Below are positions 27,955-41,408 of a stretch of 64,000 nucleotides of DNA, piece by piece. Positions within the stretch are counted from its first letter, which is position 1. Each line of letters opens with the position of its first letter. Origin of the DNA: Paraglomus brasilianum (lineage: Eukaryota). Where the stretch lies: NCBI GenBank assembly GCA_910592345.1, contig CAJVPI010000001.1, positions 62,001 through 126,000 of the forward strand, read 5' to 3'. Both the position numbers and the translations under genes were made by a program. The notes under the pieces were generated by a model, which was given only the letters and a program-made list of their open reading frames with translations, was not told the origin of the DNA and did no database searches.

Positions 27955-30504
27955 GTGATTTTTCAAAGAGTCGACTTGAGGTCTTTGTGTCAAATGTGTC
28001 GGTCCACAGACGAGTCCATTGCAAGTGGAAAGATATCAGTTATTGCTGTTGGAATGGATACTTCGGAGGAGAGAGGTTGTCGGAATGCGTGGAACTGTAA
28101 GATTATATTGAATTTATATTTTTAATATTAAGAAACATATCCGCGTTTTTATGCATCTAATATAACTTATTTCCTTAATAGATTTACGTATATGTCCATT
28201 CATGTAACGACTGATTAGTTAATGTCAAATTTTTGACATTCAAATGCATGCAAGCATGTTAATGTGTTCTTCCATGTGCAATTTAAAGTAAGTAGGTTAT
28301 TAACTCCGAGTGCTTGCACGTAATATTTTCGACAATTAGTTTACTCGATCAATTGGATATTTTAGGTAAAACGTGACTATCGGTACTGACGAAAACGTGT
28401 CAATATAAATGGAAAAGTGCGAGATCACAGAAATTCCACGTTTATCAATATCTCGGTATTCAATTGACTTTGGTGAAGAAGAGCAAGGCAGATGCTGTTT
28501 TAGCCGCGGGTAATATTCCATCGGAAAGAGTCCTGAACTATTGAGAGGAGAAAATCAATTGTCCGACGAACATCTTAAAAAGAATAGCTGACCCCCGCAG
28601 AATCGGCAGTGAGTTAGGGAACATTCTATTTGAAGTTTATCTGCGATATCGCCAATACAATCTCACTACTCGTGGTATCATATTATTCTCAATACAATCA
28701 TTGGCTCAGCTTCTATGGCGATAATATATCAATGATTGAAATATTAATCATCACACACATATGACATCACACTTACGCATGCGACTCCTTCCTCGGATAT
28801 TCGGAGTTGGCGAGACATCACAAGACTTTGTCACTGATACCCAAGGATGACAAGGAGATTCGTCACGTTTATTGACCCAAGATGAAAGAAACTAGACAGT
28901 AGGCACATAATATAAAGGTTCGCATAGACATTACTTGAGGAAGAGTGGAATAATTATGGCCTTTCTCTTCTTAATGCATGGCGAGGAAGGTTTGATAACG
29001 ACGGCATGGACAGTAAAGTTAGAATGAGTATTTTGGACACTGTGTAATGCTCAATGTTTACTCTGCGTATTACCTCTTGTTCGCGTACCAACTACTGGTC
29101 AAAGATTGAAATGGTATGAATCTTCACAACCACGACTTAGATACTAATAAAGCGAAATTCGCAATTATCCACACAACTTCAGTCTTCCACCGCTGCTCTT
29201 ATCCCAGTCTTTATATCCTGACGCGTAAATAATTTAGAATCCGAGTATGAACTGAGTCAATTTGATAGTTCGTCCAACGTCTCGTAAGCTTGTATACCGC
29301 GTGGTCCTTCAATCTTACGTATGTATTTTTGCGATTCAATAAGCAAATCACTGATAACACCATTTTAATATAGTAGAACGGACTATTAGTTAGTAGCTCT
29401 ATTATGAGATTAAGATACTTTTACAATCACCTGTTCATCTTCGGCTTGCGTACGCCGAAATCTCAAGAATTTGATGATGTACTTGATAGACTACACGCAG
29501 TCAATAAGGGCAACAGATGAATGTTCAATGTATTGGTTTCCTAAAAACACTCAGTGAGCTACGAGATCCGATGCGATTGCAAGTGTGAATTTCATCCATG
29601 ACCGCGCTTCTCCTTTTTATTTCCCTACGCAAAAGCAAGAGATCGGATCAGCATAGTTGCCAGAGATATAAGCATTGATCTCAAACTAGTAAAAAAATAT
29701 TACCTTGCCACATCCAAACAACAACCAGGATGCTCGCACTAATTGTTATAAGATTGTCAGCCGATAAGTGAATTTTTATCTCCATGGATGTGCGGGGAAT
29801 GCTCTTGCAGCATTTGAATGATAGTTCTCTGGCATAAATGTTTCTAGACATGCGCGATCTGATGCTTCTGGTTCCACAAAAGACCATAGCTCTATCACGC
29901 AAATAGAATCACCAAATGTTTGCGATAAGAAACGATTGACTATATATAGTAACATTATCAGCGTCTGTGGCGGTGATGCTAGCTGCTATCAACCGAGCCG
30001 AGCGTGTCGTAAAATCTTTTGACATACGTAATAGGATTGGAATTTCGCATCATGAGGTTTCAACCCGAAAGAGCTTGAGGATAAATCAGAAGCAATTGTC
30101 TTCAAAAAAGTACTGTATGACGTGCTGTGGTAACAGTTCCATCGAAAAGATATCGTCATCATCAGTTACTTTTTTTGTGTATACGTCCAAATAGCGACAA
30201 ACAAATATGAGTTTGACTATGAACTTCGTTTGAGACAATAACTGTTAAAAATGCTTTCGTGGTAAACATTTAACAATTGGCATGACTCGAGCAGACATTG
30301 ATCACGATTGATGCAATCTTGATCGGAGAAAGTAGCAATATGGTACTTTGTTCCATCCTAAAACTTGTTGACTTCTGCGGCGTTGTATTGTCGACAGACA
30401 ACATTAAAGTGCAAACTCTCTAAACATTTGACGTTTTACATGATTCGTACACGTAAAGAATGTGAAGTATTTTCGCTTCCCAATCATCCATGTCAATATC
30501 CTTC

Positions 30505-30565
30505 CCGCACGATGGTATGAGTGGTAATTACGCCAAGTTCGTAGGTTCGATCCCTGCTGCCAGTA
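30505..30565 (+). pseudogene. Degenerate tRNA-Ile(AAU)-like relic
   Basis: TAATTACGCCAAGTTCGTAGGTTCGATCCCTGC resembles the 3' half of eukaryotic tRNA-Ile(AAT) (TAATAACGCCAAGGTCGC.GGTTCGATCCC). The B box and T stem are intact; the anticodon and acceptor stems do not pair. Confidence 0.45.
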
Positions 30566-31729
30566 TGGTATACTTTCTACGTATAATGTCAATGCTTCTA
30601 ATGCGCTCTCTGTATATGATTGTGCTCAGGTTATGAACTTGATGAAGATCATCCGCTTATCTTGCCTGCATTTGGATTGACCGCATTCTAACGACCACAC
30701 CTTTCACGTTATCCATATGTCAGGAAAGCATTTTTCTACCACATAACTTTACAGTCGCGACTGCCATTTTTATTTTATTTTTTTGACAAATATTCATATT
30801 ATCGTTACAGTATAATAGTTGAGCGATTGATAAGAAGGTCCGTTAAAGGTTTATTTGATGGACACTCTTCTGATGTAGTGGTGATCGCGTCCAAGTGAAA
30901 CCATCGTTAGAGTATTTTCTCACAAGTCATGGTTTCCGCTAAAAGTAAATTATTTAGTTCTTCTCGTGTAATGTAGTATAATTACATGCTGTCTATTAAG
31001 AATTCAATATTCAATCAACTGACGAATGAGAACTCTACTAAGTAAAATAGAAGTTAGAGGAAAAATTAATTCACGAATTAACAACTAGGAACCAATATTC
31101 AAATGCTAGACCTCTTTTCAATCGTACTTGTATTATTATTTGTGGCGAGTGATTGTATTCGACTGCAACCGTTGATACTTGATTTGTTGAGCAATATTGT
31201 AATAGTTTATGTCTGCGAGATATACGTGCGATAATGTCAAATGTTTGATAACAAAATTTATTGACCCTATGACAACTAGTTATTTACATTAACTTTCGTG
31301 AACATAATAATAGCATTATAATCTAAATATCTATTACGCGTTGACTTGTAAGGAATCCAGCCAAGTTTGGCATGTTGGCGGCTTACCATTTGTTAAAAGT
31401 GTAGTGACAGCAAACGCTCGTAGCACTGCATAATCTGCTTTTGGTAAATTTCACATTCTTTGCTTGTTAAGACGCAAGTGGAACGGCCCGTTCTGGGAAT
31501 TGGCCCATTCTAAGAACAGGCTGGCCCGTTTCGGGATTGTCACTATTTGCTTCCATTTTATCACATAATTGATACACGAGATTATTGCAATGCAGAATGG
31601 GCGGCGCGTTAACTTGAATCTTGTTTCACAAATGGTGATCTAATACAGCTGCCTTTTCGTGGAGCATTTTCCTCAGCGGATACAGGTAAAGACTCCGAGG
31701 GGCATGGTTTAATGCGTGTATATGAGGGG

Positions 31730-33245
31730 GGAAATAAATCGAAAACGTGTGATTACGAACAGGAATTACCATTATTTCAAAGTGACGAAAGCCTTCTGCT
31801 ATTTGTAGTCTTGCAGGCAATTAGATTGGGACTTGGCAAAAGGTAAAATGAGTATTAACAGTGTTTAGCCCTTTTGTCTTATGAAGCAACATATAATGTT
31901 CGCGTTGCATTAGCTGTTGGAGTTGGTTCTGCGACGATAACGGATCGACTTAATAACTCAAGCATTTATTCCAAACGTCACAAATTGACTCCTCCCATAA
32001 CGCTATTACATGAGTAGGCAAAGGTCTGTTAATGTTTTGCGCCGAATGATGGTGACTTGGCAGCGCGTGCATTTAGTCCTCTCCGAATAACCTCTAAGAC
32101 GATTCGAGGCACATACTAAAGTCGATCCTGGTAACGCGTCTGCACTGATTCTGCTTGCTACCATGGATTGTAATGGAGCAAATAATACGGAAATACGGCC
32201 CTGAAGACTGTTTGCACAAGATTAGTCCCAGACAATTTACGGCTTAAATCTTTTAGCCAATTATTCCTTTCTCAACGGATTTAGATTTGGCAAGACGAGC
32301 AAAGGTTTATCATGACTCGCATTATCGACAAGCGCGTGTGTTGAAGATTTGGACAAGATTTTCTACCACGATCAACGAGAAATTCGAACGAGTTCTGCAG
32401 AAAGAAAGAAATAATATAGACACTTGAACTGACTCTGCGCACTGAAAACTATAAACATATCGAATTACTCGATTATGGGAAGATTACACGTCCGCTGGTG
32501 CCGAGAATTTGTATAAAAAGCCGACGGTCTTTCATGAAAACGCGGTGAGCTGTGGTTCCACCTGCACTCTCAAACGAACTTCCTTTAAACATCAAACTCA
32601 CGACACAGAAACCTTAATGATGCCTTGGACTGCTTTAATAAATTGTACAATCTCTTCTCGACTCAGCTGATGACTGGCGTAATGTACAAAATCGAATTAA
32701 CTCAACCGAAATGACGAATCAAAGGAAATACGTACCGAATTGTTCGAACCTGCCTAGATAAAGGATATTCAGGGCCTCAAATCAGACAAGAGTACCCGCT
32801 CCGCTGAACTTATCAAGATCGCAACCATCGTAAATCTGCAAAGAGATTATTTCTGACCTCGAGGCACGAATACGTTTTTCCACACTCGCCATACCACAAC
32901 ATCACTATCGAACAGCCTGACATGGATTTAAGAAGTGATAACATAATATATACGCATTGACAGTTACATGAAGGACAAGAAAGGGGTGATGATTATGACG
33001 AAAGAGCGCGGGCATATCATAAAGCGACGCTTTAATTTTTATGGAGCTGTAGTGGCAATAACCGAAACTGGTAGAGTCCATGAGGCTAAGGACGTGTTTA
33101 TTAAAGTAAGGAAAGAAAATTTACATGACCCCGCACTAGAGATCGTTGTATTTATCACTATTTTGTATTCCTGTTCAGTTGCGAGGAACGTGGTCCGGAG
33201 GTCAACATTAATCTGGCGCATGCCCGCGTGGAGACCGAAGGATAT
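31730..33245 (+). pseudogene. CTR9: CTR9 (Paf1 complex TPR subunit) pseudogene, heavily deleted
   Basis: VDPGNASALILLATMDCN, LNLLANYSFL, KFERVLQK, VVPPALSN, NFYGAVVAITETGRVHEAKDVFIKVR, GPEVNINLAHARVE occur in the order of the CTR9 TPR motifs (LNHLANHFF, PPEILNN, A+DVF..VRE, V.LNLAH.Y.E). Many stops and frameshifts. Confidence 0.75.
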
Positions 33246-33830
33246 TGTAAGATTGTAATTAATATCGATTGCTATTACTATTAGTTATTAATTACTATTA
33301 TTATATTTCCTATTCCGTCATACGCCCAAACACAGTATGCTTAACCCCACGATTTTCAAAAGCTCTACCATTTGCCGTCTCAAGCACTATCACGCATGCT
33401 ATTCCAGTGAACCAATGGGCTCTCGGCATATTCTAAATACGGTTTCAATTGTAAGGTGAGTTTTACAGCTGTTTCTATACTTTTATATTGTACATTGTGT
33501 TGCTCATGTGTTATATTATCTTGTCTATGGTCGCCAGATAATTGAATATCTTCCAGATGCAAATAAAACAAACAATAAATGCTTCAGTCAACATCATTGC
33601 TTGCGTAAGTGCATGTACTTGACGATCTGAACGTATAAATGGCGTGTGTGTGTGCACGAAGAATGAAAACATGGAGAAAATATGTAGAATCCGAAGACTT
33701 TGTCGGTCCGTGAAGAAGAAGAAAAAAACGCTCCTGGGAGGATATACCGTATATTCTGGAACTGGTAGTTAAATCGGTTCATTGCTTTTTTTGGTGACTT
33801 TATCGACAATTATCGTTCAGATGCTAACTA

Positions 33831-34670
33831 TACATCTCTCTGGCTTATAACAACTAGGAACTAGAGGATTTCTTTTGATCCGTGAACATTAATCGGGCCT
33901 GGGACAGATTACTGTAATTTAAGGATTGAGTAACACTCAATCGGTAGGCATCATTTGATAGGCTCTTGAGTCTATACCTTTCCCACCATACGCTCAAGCA
34001 ATTAATACTCCTAAGTCCGACGTTGCAAATTCCGACATTCAAAAAGGCTAACAGGAATGCGCACTACTTCGACTAGATAACTGTCTCGAGACTTTGGCTT
34101 TGATAAACGCGCGCCAAAGTAACAATGAATTTTACGTAAGGACCGACATTGAAATTAATAATGCACATGTTGATGCCAGTGTTTGAGGGATTAGCTAGGT
34201 TTCATTAATCTAATGTTTACATAACATTCTCATTTCTTACAAGGTTGATAAACATCCTTTTTGTCTTTCCGCATATAAAGCCCTCTTGATAGGACACCAA
34301 CTGGTTGACGAAATATCTGTTTTAATTTCTCGACAATTGCGTGTAAGTAATAGTCCATATAATTATTTTTCTTTCACAACTTACCCAAAACTGAGTCATA
34401 TACAATGTTATGTTCTTGTAAAAAGAGTACAGAATCAATTTGCTCAGTCTTTGATAGCTCCAGGCTCCATGCACTAGTTTATGGTCAGAATTATAGAACA
34501 ATATGTTTAACAAAAATACTAGAGGTCAATTTCTGAAACACTGTTCTTCTTTTTTACACTAGGGAGCCGAGAACACGGAATTAGCGTCGCTGTTGAATGT
34601 TGTTCGTCATCGGAACAAAATTATGCATAAAATTTGGTGCGAGTGATCTTCAGGGTAACCTGACAAATAT
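33831..34670 (+). repeat. Dispersed two-copy gene relic (second copy ~62787-63410)
   Basis: CTCTCTGGCTTATAACAACTAGGA..GAGGATTTCTTT..TCCGTGA..TTAATCGGG and AAATTATGCATAAA..GAGTGATC.TCAGGGTAA are shared in the same order. Confidence 0.7.
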
Positions 34671-35399
34671 GAATTGTGGCGTATTTAATGTGATTTTTAC
34701 GACATAATCAGTATTGGCTTAATGGCGAACATAGACCAGCAATAAAGCAAATAGAGGATATGTTGGCAGTAGATATGCTGATGCATTTACCTTTCTAAAA
34801 ATTGAACGTTATCTATGGCGATATCTGACGAAAATGGTGCGTATAAACGTCATAATTAACGTCATAGTGACATCATAATGACATCATAAATATCATAAAA
34901 CGTCATGATAAACATTGGACGTAACTCCGGTTCTTATTTCTGAAACCTGTATAATGCCTTTGTAAATAACAAGAGACAAACATTACCAAGACTTTATAAC
35001 AAAGCAAAAATGTATAATAACGAGCTTCCTGTCAACGCAATTAGCGACTAAAAATAAACGCAAGTCATCGCAGAATTATTTACTACAAGTTGGAACAAGA
35101 CTATTTACTATTGAATTATCTCTTGTATTCTTTTAGAGTATGTTGAGACCCATGCCATAACATTTAGTGACTCAAGCTCTTAATATTAAATAAATTACAA
35201 TCGTGGTTATTTACAGTTTGTACAAATACGGTATGCGAACGTTTTTTTTGTCCCACCACACTGTATTGGTCAACAAATGAGAAAATCGGAAGAGGTTTGT
35301 CTTTAATGAACATTTCTGTCTCAAGTTTGTTTGTTTTCCAATTAACGTCCTTATTATTTTGATCAAGGACTTTCGCATCTTGGTTCACGATATCACAAG

Positions 35400-37995
35400 C
35401 GACAAAGACGATTCACAAGTTTCACGTGCAGAGGAATTATGACTTTAAATAAAGTAATCGGGGCAGAGGGAGAAAGATCGCGTAGCACTTATATATCGTA
35501 AATCAAAAAGAATGGATTTTATCATAGCTCTTTATAGTTGTTTCATTGCTGGAAAGGTATCTGAGCCTATTAATGCAGCAGAACAATTTGAAGAGTTGAC
35601 TTATATACTCGATAATACTCAGCATTAACAACTGACAACCTTGAAGTGTTTGTAAGAGATTTGGCCCTCAGAAAAAGGAATACCTAGTCGTGTCGAATGG
35701 TTAAAGACAAACGATATTGGAGGTTATTTATCCTAAGAAAAAGGAAGATCATAATGCAGAATTGGCATACTATTGAATTTACAAAAAGTCCAAACGGCGG
35801 GCTCAAAGGAGTCGTCATTAATCACAAGACAATAATGCAATAGTGTCTGGTAATGAGGAGTAGCGGTTGAAAAGGAATTTCAAGCAAACATGGAAAACGT
35901 TGCGGATTCCTTATATACGGTCAGATGTGCTACAACAACAAGTTGGTTTAATATTAGGCAGCATTATGGGGAGTTTATTATGGGAACATGACGGTTTTCC
36001 TTGGAAATCTTGCTCCAGATACGCCTGGATTATGGGTTAATTGTGTCTCTAGATATAAAGGTAATCGTTGACTTGCACCTACGAAGGAGTGTATTATAAG
36101 GGCACTCAATTCATACGTTAATCATTCTCTTCGAATGTTGTCCTATTCTAGTTACCATTGCTTTGGCCGATTATCCAGGTCTTCAACCCGTCGTTTCGTC
36201 TTTCAAGAATGATCCAGCAGATTCGTCGTCTTTAAGATTGCTTCTGACACTTTGACTATTGACGTTGATAAAAATGATGAGATTGTTGACCGTCTTCTTA
36301 ACTGGTATCCAATATCCTTCGAGACGTGCTTGCCACTCTAAATAGCTTATCCCAATACGGGGGAATGATTTTGTGTTTCGGAGATCTAATTGGTGTGGAA
36401 GGCTTAGACGAGCGTTTGCGAGGCCAAAGACATACCCGAGAAATTTTGCTTGATCGCGAAGCATTAAGAAACAACAATGTTGTAGTGGTCGCTTCAGAAG
36501 ATGCCGTTCTTGCGAAAAGGAATGAGCATTTGGTTTTGTCATGCAAGAAGGTAGTAAGAAATGTTGAGGTTAAAATGTAAATGTTCGGATTGGAGTTGAC
36601 TGTATTTATTTCGTAGCAACTATTGCCACAGTTGATCCCGAGACATCAGCTTTTTGTCTCCTAAATACCGTAGGAGAAATTTGGGTTGATTCTCCTTGTC
36701 TGATTGGTGGTTTCTGGCAACTTCGGCAAGCCATTCGATCAACAATTTTTGAGATCTGGTCTTCTGGAGACACTCATTGAAAGGCTGCTGGTTGGATTTG
36801 GCCTTTACGAGGATCGTATTGGACAGCTTGCCAATGGATCTTGTCCGGCTACTGAAGTTTTTCACAAGGGACTTGCAAATTATTGTCATGACCTCTGTTA
36901 ATGGGATATACGTGTATGGTAAGTCTATAATGGCAATGTGCTTGACACTTTTACAATCATTTGTTAAATGCTGCCTCATGACGATTTTAGTGTGGTTATG
37001 TGAACGATGAGCATCTTTCTGTACTGATTGCTGAATCATCACTGGAGAGAGGAGCACTACCCGCTCTTGCTGATCAAATAATAAACAATTTGTACGTGCA
37101 TCAGGGGCTCGGTTATATTGTAGTATGATCTGTCCAGCAGCTTGTATAACGGTCGATAATCGCAGCCGTGAAGGGAAGGCAGTGTCTTAGAAAAAATTTA
37201 ACGCCAAGATTGTTACTATTGCCTCTCATTTAGCAAAGAAAGGCTGTAATCAAGGCACACATGTACTGGTTCTCCTTCCACATGGACTCGAATTTGTAGC
37301 TACGGAGTGATTGTAATACCATTAGCACCCCCTGACAGCTGCAAGAAGACGTTCATGGCTTTATTAAGGACTTTAACATCAATTGGGTTTTGGTTAATAA
37401 TGATAGCGAAAATTTACTGAAAAGTAAAAATATCCAAGCGTGTCTGAAGAATACAGCAAGAAATGGTGTAAAACTACCTCCGCCGGTCAAGGTTCCCAAA
37501 TTGACAAAGACTTTGAGAGAGGTTAATCTAGCGATACGATCCGAATGGTGCATGTGTTATCTCTCAGATGATATGAGGATATCTCGAGTTGGTCTTGGCC
37601 ATGATACGTTAATGTCGCTATGTCAAATCCAGAAACAGACATGACCAGTGCAAGGGCCGTCGTGCTTTAAAGATTCATCCAGTCCGTGCTGCAAAAATCG
37701 GTTAGTACATCGAACATACTAGTGGATAGAATAGTCAAGATTCTTACGCAATTATCTGTCGATTTTAGGGTCTCCAACCGGTTTAATATCGCCACAAGAA
37801 ATGCTTTTCGAATCCAGCGATTTTGGCTTGAATGTCTGAGTCGATTCAAAGTAAGCTTTATAGGTTTATTAATCTCAACATATTACGGACCTCATTAGTA
37901 GGCATCATAAATCCGTACTCAGGGGTTGTCCCTGCACTTTACAATAGTTAGACTTGGATTGTAAAGCAAGTTTTGATAATAGCCTACGCGACCCT
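35400..37995 (+). pseudogene. CMR2: DIP2/CMR2/CPS1-family (tandem fatty acyl-AMP ligase-like domains) pseudogene
   Basis: DRVALIYRKS..DFIIALYSCFIAG, VEWLKTND, IEFTKSPNGGLKGVVINHKT, PGLWVNCVSRYK, VTIALADYPGL, YGGMILCF, EILLDREALRNN, TVGEIWVDSPCLIGGFW, FLRSGLL..GLYEDRI, second domain TVDNRSREGKAVS, LGHDTLMSLCQIQKQT, WLECLSRFK. Frameshifts, stops and deletions throughout. Confidence 0.9.
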
Positions 37996-38499
37996 GGTTT
38001 GGTCGAATACCAATGCTATTTCGAGACAAGACACACTAAACCCTGTTCTTTTATCATTTAGTCAAAGACACTTATGCCACCATAACCATGTTGGAAAAGG
38101 TTTTATCATTCTCCGAGACGGCGGACCTCTGAAGAAATTTGGACGGCCCAAGTCATCCAGGTGTTCAACCTGTTAACCTATAATCGGCATATAAAGAAGT
38201 ATCTGTGTATGCATTACATAACTTATACATACTAAGGCCATCTTTTTATAGATGAAAGGGTTGTGAAGGCCTTCATCGCTCAAAAATTTGAACGACGCGA
38301 TCATATATGTGTGTAGAGCCAGTTGAGTCGTATTTAGACCTGAAAAGTCTCCGGCATTATCGCTATGGCCTTCGGCGCCCGCACCAGAATCATCGCTATG
38401 GCCCTTCGGCGCCCGCATCATGTAATGTCAATAGTGCCCTTGGCACCCACAGCATTGTCAAAATCAACAGTGCGGACTAGCAGTTCATGTAACATCAAT

Positions 38500-39425
38500 C
38501 ATAGCGACTCTATCATGAAGAAGTTTTCAGAATTCTGTTTTAGTAATTTTGTATTTTGGTCCGTTATCCCGGCAAGCTGTTCTTGATCCATCAATAGTAG
38601 CATTCTTAATGAGTTTGGCAAGACAGCACTGATGGGATAATAACAGTAAATAAGAAATATGACAATAATTACGGGCAGCCAAAACGCTCGTGTCATGTTA
38701 AGGACGTCGAATTCTAATTAATAAATTATAAATACGCGTCTATCTGAGAAAGAGTGTGTCGAAATAGTGATACTTCGATTTTATATGATCGATTCGTTCG
38801 CGACTACACTCAGAATCAAACTGTTGCCGTCTAACAAGTATTTCAAAAATTTTGATGCGTTCGCTGAATATTGAGAGAGTTTGATCTCTGCCACTCAGCA
38901 TGCTGTAGTTCGGTTCCCAGTCGTAACTTCTCTGCCCGATCATTTCGTAAGCTGTTTGAGAAATTCTTTGACTGTCAGAAAGCCTACATAGTGGAAGCGT
39001 ACAAGTATTAAGAACCTTGACACATAATGACCATGTGTACAACCAGTAAAGTCTTGACATTATGACATACCGCTTATCTTTCTCCATACAAGCACTTACG
39101 AGATGCGAAATCTCTTTGGCATTCTGGAGATCGGTCGACAGTTTCTTGACACTATAATATGAGCGAAACTGAGTACAAAAATTGACAACATAGCCTGAAT
39201 CCCAAATTTCTTTAACACATACCGCTTCAAGCTCTTCTATGTGCTGGGCAGGGCGGGTTGTATATTCTTCCGCGAGCTCTCTGTATATTCTCAACCCTCT
39301 GATTTTCTTCCCTTCTTCGGGTTGCATGTGTCCTCCGCGCTCTTCCTGCAGTCTCTTCAACTGAGCGCGAGAAAACTCAAGCTCTGCCGCTTGATGAGAA
39401 AGTCGATATAACGGATTCCATAAAA
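38500..39425 (-). pseudogene. Copy 1 of an unidentified intron-containing coiled-coil gene (contains the 206-aa read-through ORF)
   Basis: GTATGT..TAG introns at 39222-39152 and 39070-38984. Exon peptides RAQLKRLQEER, HIEELEA, VKKLSTDLQNA, EISHLVSACMEKD. Inverted homolog at 39899-40224 and another partial copy at 58405-58670. Confidence 0.55.
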
Positions 39426-39814
39426 TCCGTCATCCGTTTTATCGAAAAAACCGATATATTAAGTTTGTCAATAATCAAAAACAGCACGTAAAGTCGTTAA
39501 TGAAAACGCTTGCAAAAATGTTATTAATATACAAGGAAAAAATTGACAACTTTGATCTTCTATTAATATTCGGCCACTTTATCATTATTATTATATTTAG
39601 TATTAGTACAAATTATAACAGATTCGGCCGCTTAGTACGGATCTCCTTTGTATTTAGTATTAGTACGGATCTACAAATTATAACGGATTCGGCCACTTTA
39701 GATGGCCGAATCCATAGTAATATTAGTAGTAATAGCACAAATTATCTGTCCTTGATCAATGATTATTGACGAATATACTTAAATACCAAGTAACCGCTAT
39801 ATCGAACGGATTTT

Positions 39815-40960
39815 TATGCCTATCCCACGGAATCCATTATATCTCATCAAGCGACAGATCCTGATAAGCAGGGAAGAGCGCAAGGCTGATAAAATCAAGC
39901 ACATAGAAGAGCTTGAAGCATGTGAAGAGCGGTATGTGTTAAAGAAATTTGGGATTCAGGCTATGTTGTCAACTTTGTACTCAGTTTCGCTCATATTATA
40001 GTGTCAAGAAACTGTCGTCCCAATATTCACAATGCTGAGCTTCCTCCGCGAAGAGATTTCGCGTCTTGTAAGTGCTTGCATGGAGAAAGATGAATGGTAT
40101 GTCACAATGTCAAGACTTTACTGGTTGTACACATGGTCATTATGTCAAAGTTCTTAATACTTGTACGCTCTCCACTATGTAGGCTTTCTGAAGTCAAAAA
40201 ACGCATGAAGAATTTCTCAAACAGTTGTTAAGACAGCAACTGGACGAAGTCGTACAAGAAAAAGAATTAGAAAAGCACAGGTTTGATATTTTCGTTTATG
40301 ATGGATAACACAGCGGCTACCAACGTTTTTCACATGGACTAACGGTTAATGCAACATCAATCATAGCGACTCTCATTCGGCTGTTGTTGAGAAAGCATCA
40401 GGTACTTTTCCAACTCCTAATCACTGTATCGATAAATTCTTTCTTACTTATGGCCAACTGGCATGTAATATTATAGTGGCCATTGGAACCTCTGACTGTC
40501 CAGACATGGATCTAGCAAGACAGCATGCCATAATGTTACAGATCTTTGGGAAAAACTGCATGGATTATAATCTTCGTGAGCAAGACCTTCAAAGGAAATT
40601 AGACGAGAAAAAGGTTTGTACTCATGTTTTATGATTGACCGGACCGGAAACAACCGGTTATCTATATCACTCTAATTTTGACGCCCACAAAATAGGCTGA
40701 CGCGAGCAAGCTTGAATCTCAATTTAACAACTTGCGGCTTGCACCGAGAGCATGATAAGCTTTTGGTAGAACGTACCAGTGTTGATAGTAAGGTACGGTA
40801 CGAACAATATTACACAGTCAAAAGCTTTGGGAACCAAACAGTCAACTGAACTGACGATTTCGATTCTTCTCACAGCATAGGCAATTAATTGAGCAAACAC
40901 TGAATAGAGCTGCTCAATATTATCAGGATTTGGCAAACCAAGCAGCTGTGAATAATAACA
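39815..40960 (+). pseudogene. Copy 2 (inverted) of the same coiled-coil gene, with further downstream exons
   Basis: The same two introns and exons as copy 1, then EFLKQLLRQQLDEVVQEKELEK, DLARQHAIMLQIFGKN..LREQDLQRKLDEKK, LHREHDKLLVER separated by GT-AG introns. Frameshifted. Confidence 0.5.
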
Positions 40961-41204
40961 CACGCTCAGTCTCGATAAGTCGGTTTTGGCATAAGTCGGC
41001 CAACCTATGTAATTCTCGATATGTCATTAAGTCGGCCAGCGGCTCCAGCTAAATCATACGATTAAGCAGTAAACACGTTAGAATCATACATTAGAATCAT
41101 ACGATTAAAGCATGGACATGTCATTAGATCATACGATTAAAGCAATAAACAAGCCGTTCTCTAAGACAATCGATGTAATTATTGTTATATTAATGTATTA
41201 ATAA

Positions 41205-41408
41205 TACAAGTGAGTCTCGATATAACGACACTGCTATATAACGACACTGCTATATAACGACATCTCGTTATAGCGACAAGAATCTTAGAACGAAAATTTT
41301 ATACTGCTTAGCTGTCGTATGTAAGTTAATTCTCGATGTAAGGACATTCTCGATATAGTGACCATTAGATTGGAACCGAGCGTGTCGTTATATCGAGACC
41401 CACGTTTA
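41205..41408. mobile_element. pogo/Tigger-like MITE (family A), complete
   Basis: TACAAGTGAGTCTCGATATAACGAC / GTCGTTATATCGAGACCCACGTTTA inverted ends (22/25 match) bounded by TA. Internal ATATAACGAC subterminal repeats; no ORF. Confidence 0.78.

Noticed and set aside
28900..30760. Minus-strand exon/intron-like relic
   Set aside because: Splice-like signals are present, but I could not reconstruct a consistent frame or assign a family.
40470..40940. RAD50-like coiled coil (LHREHDKLLVER..HRQLI)
   Set aside because: Generic coiled-coil resemblance only; no ATPase or zinc-hook motif, and it continues the unidentified gene at 39815.
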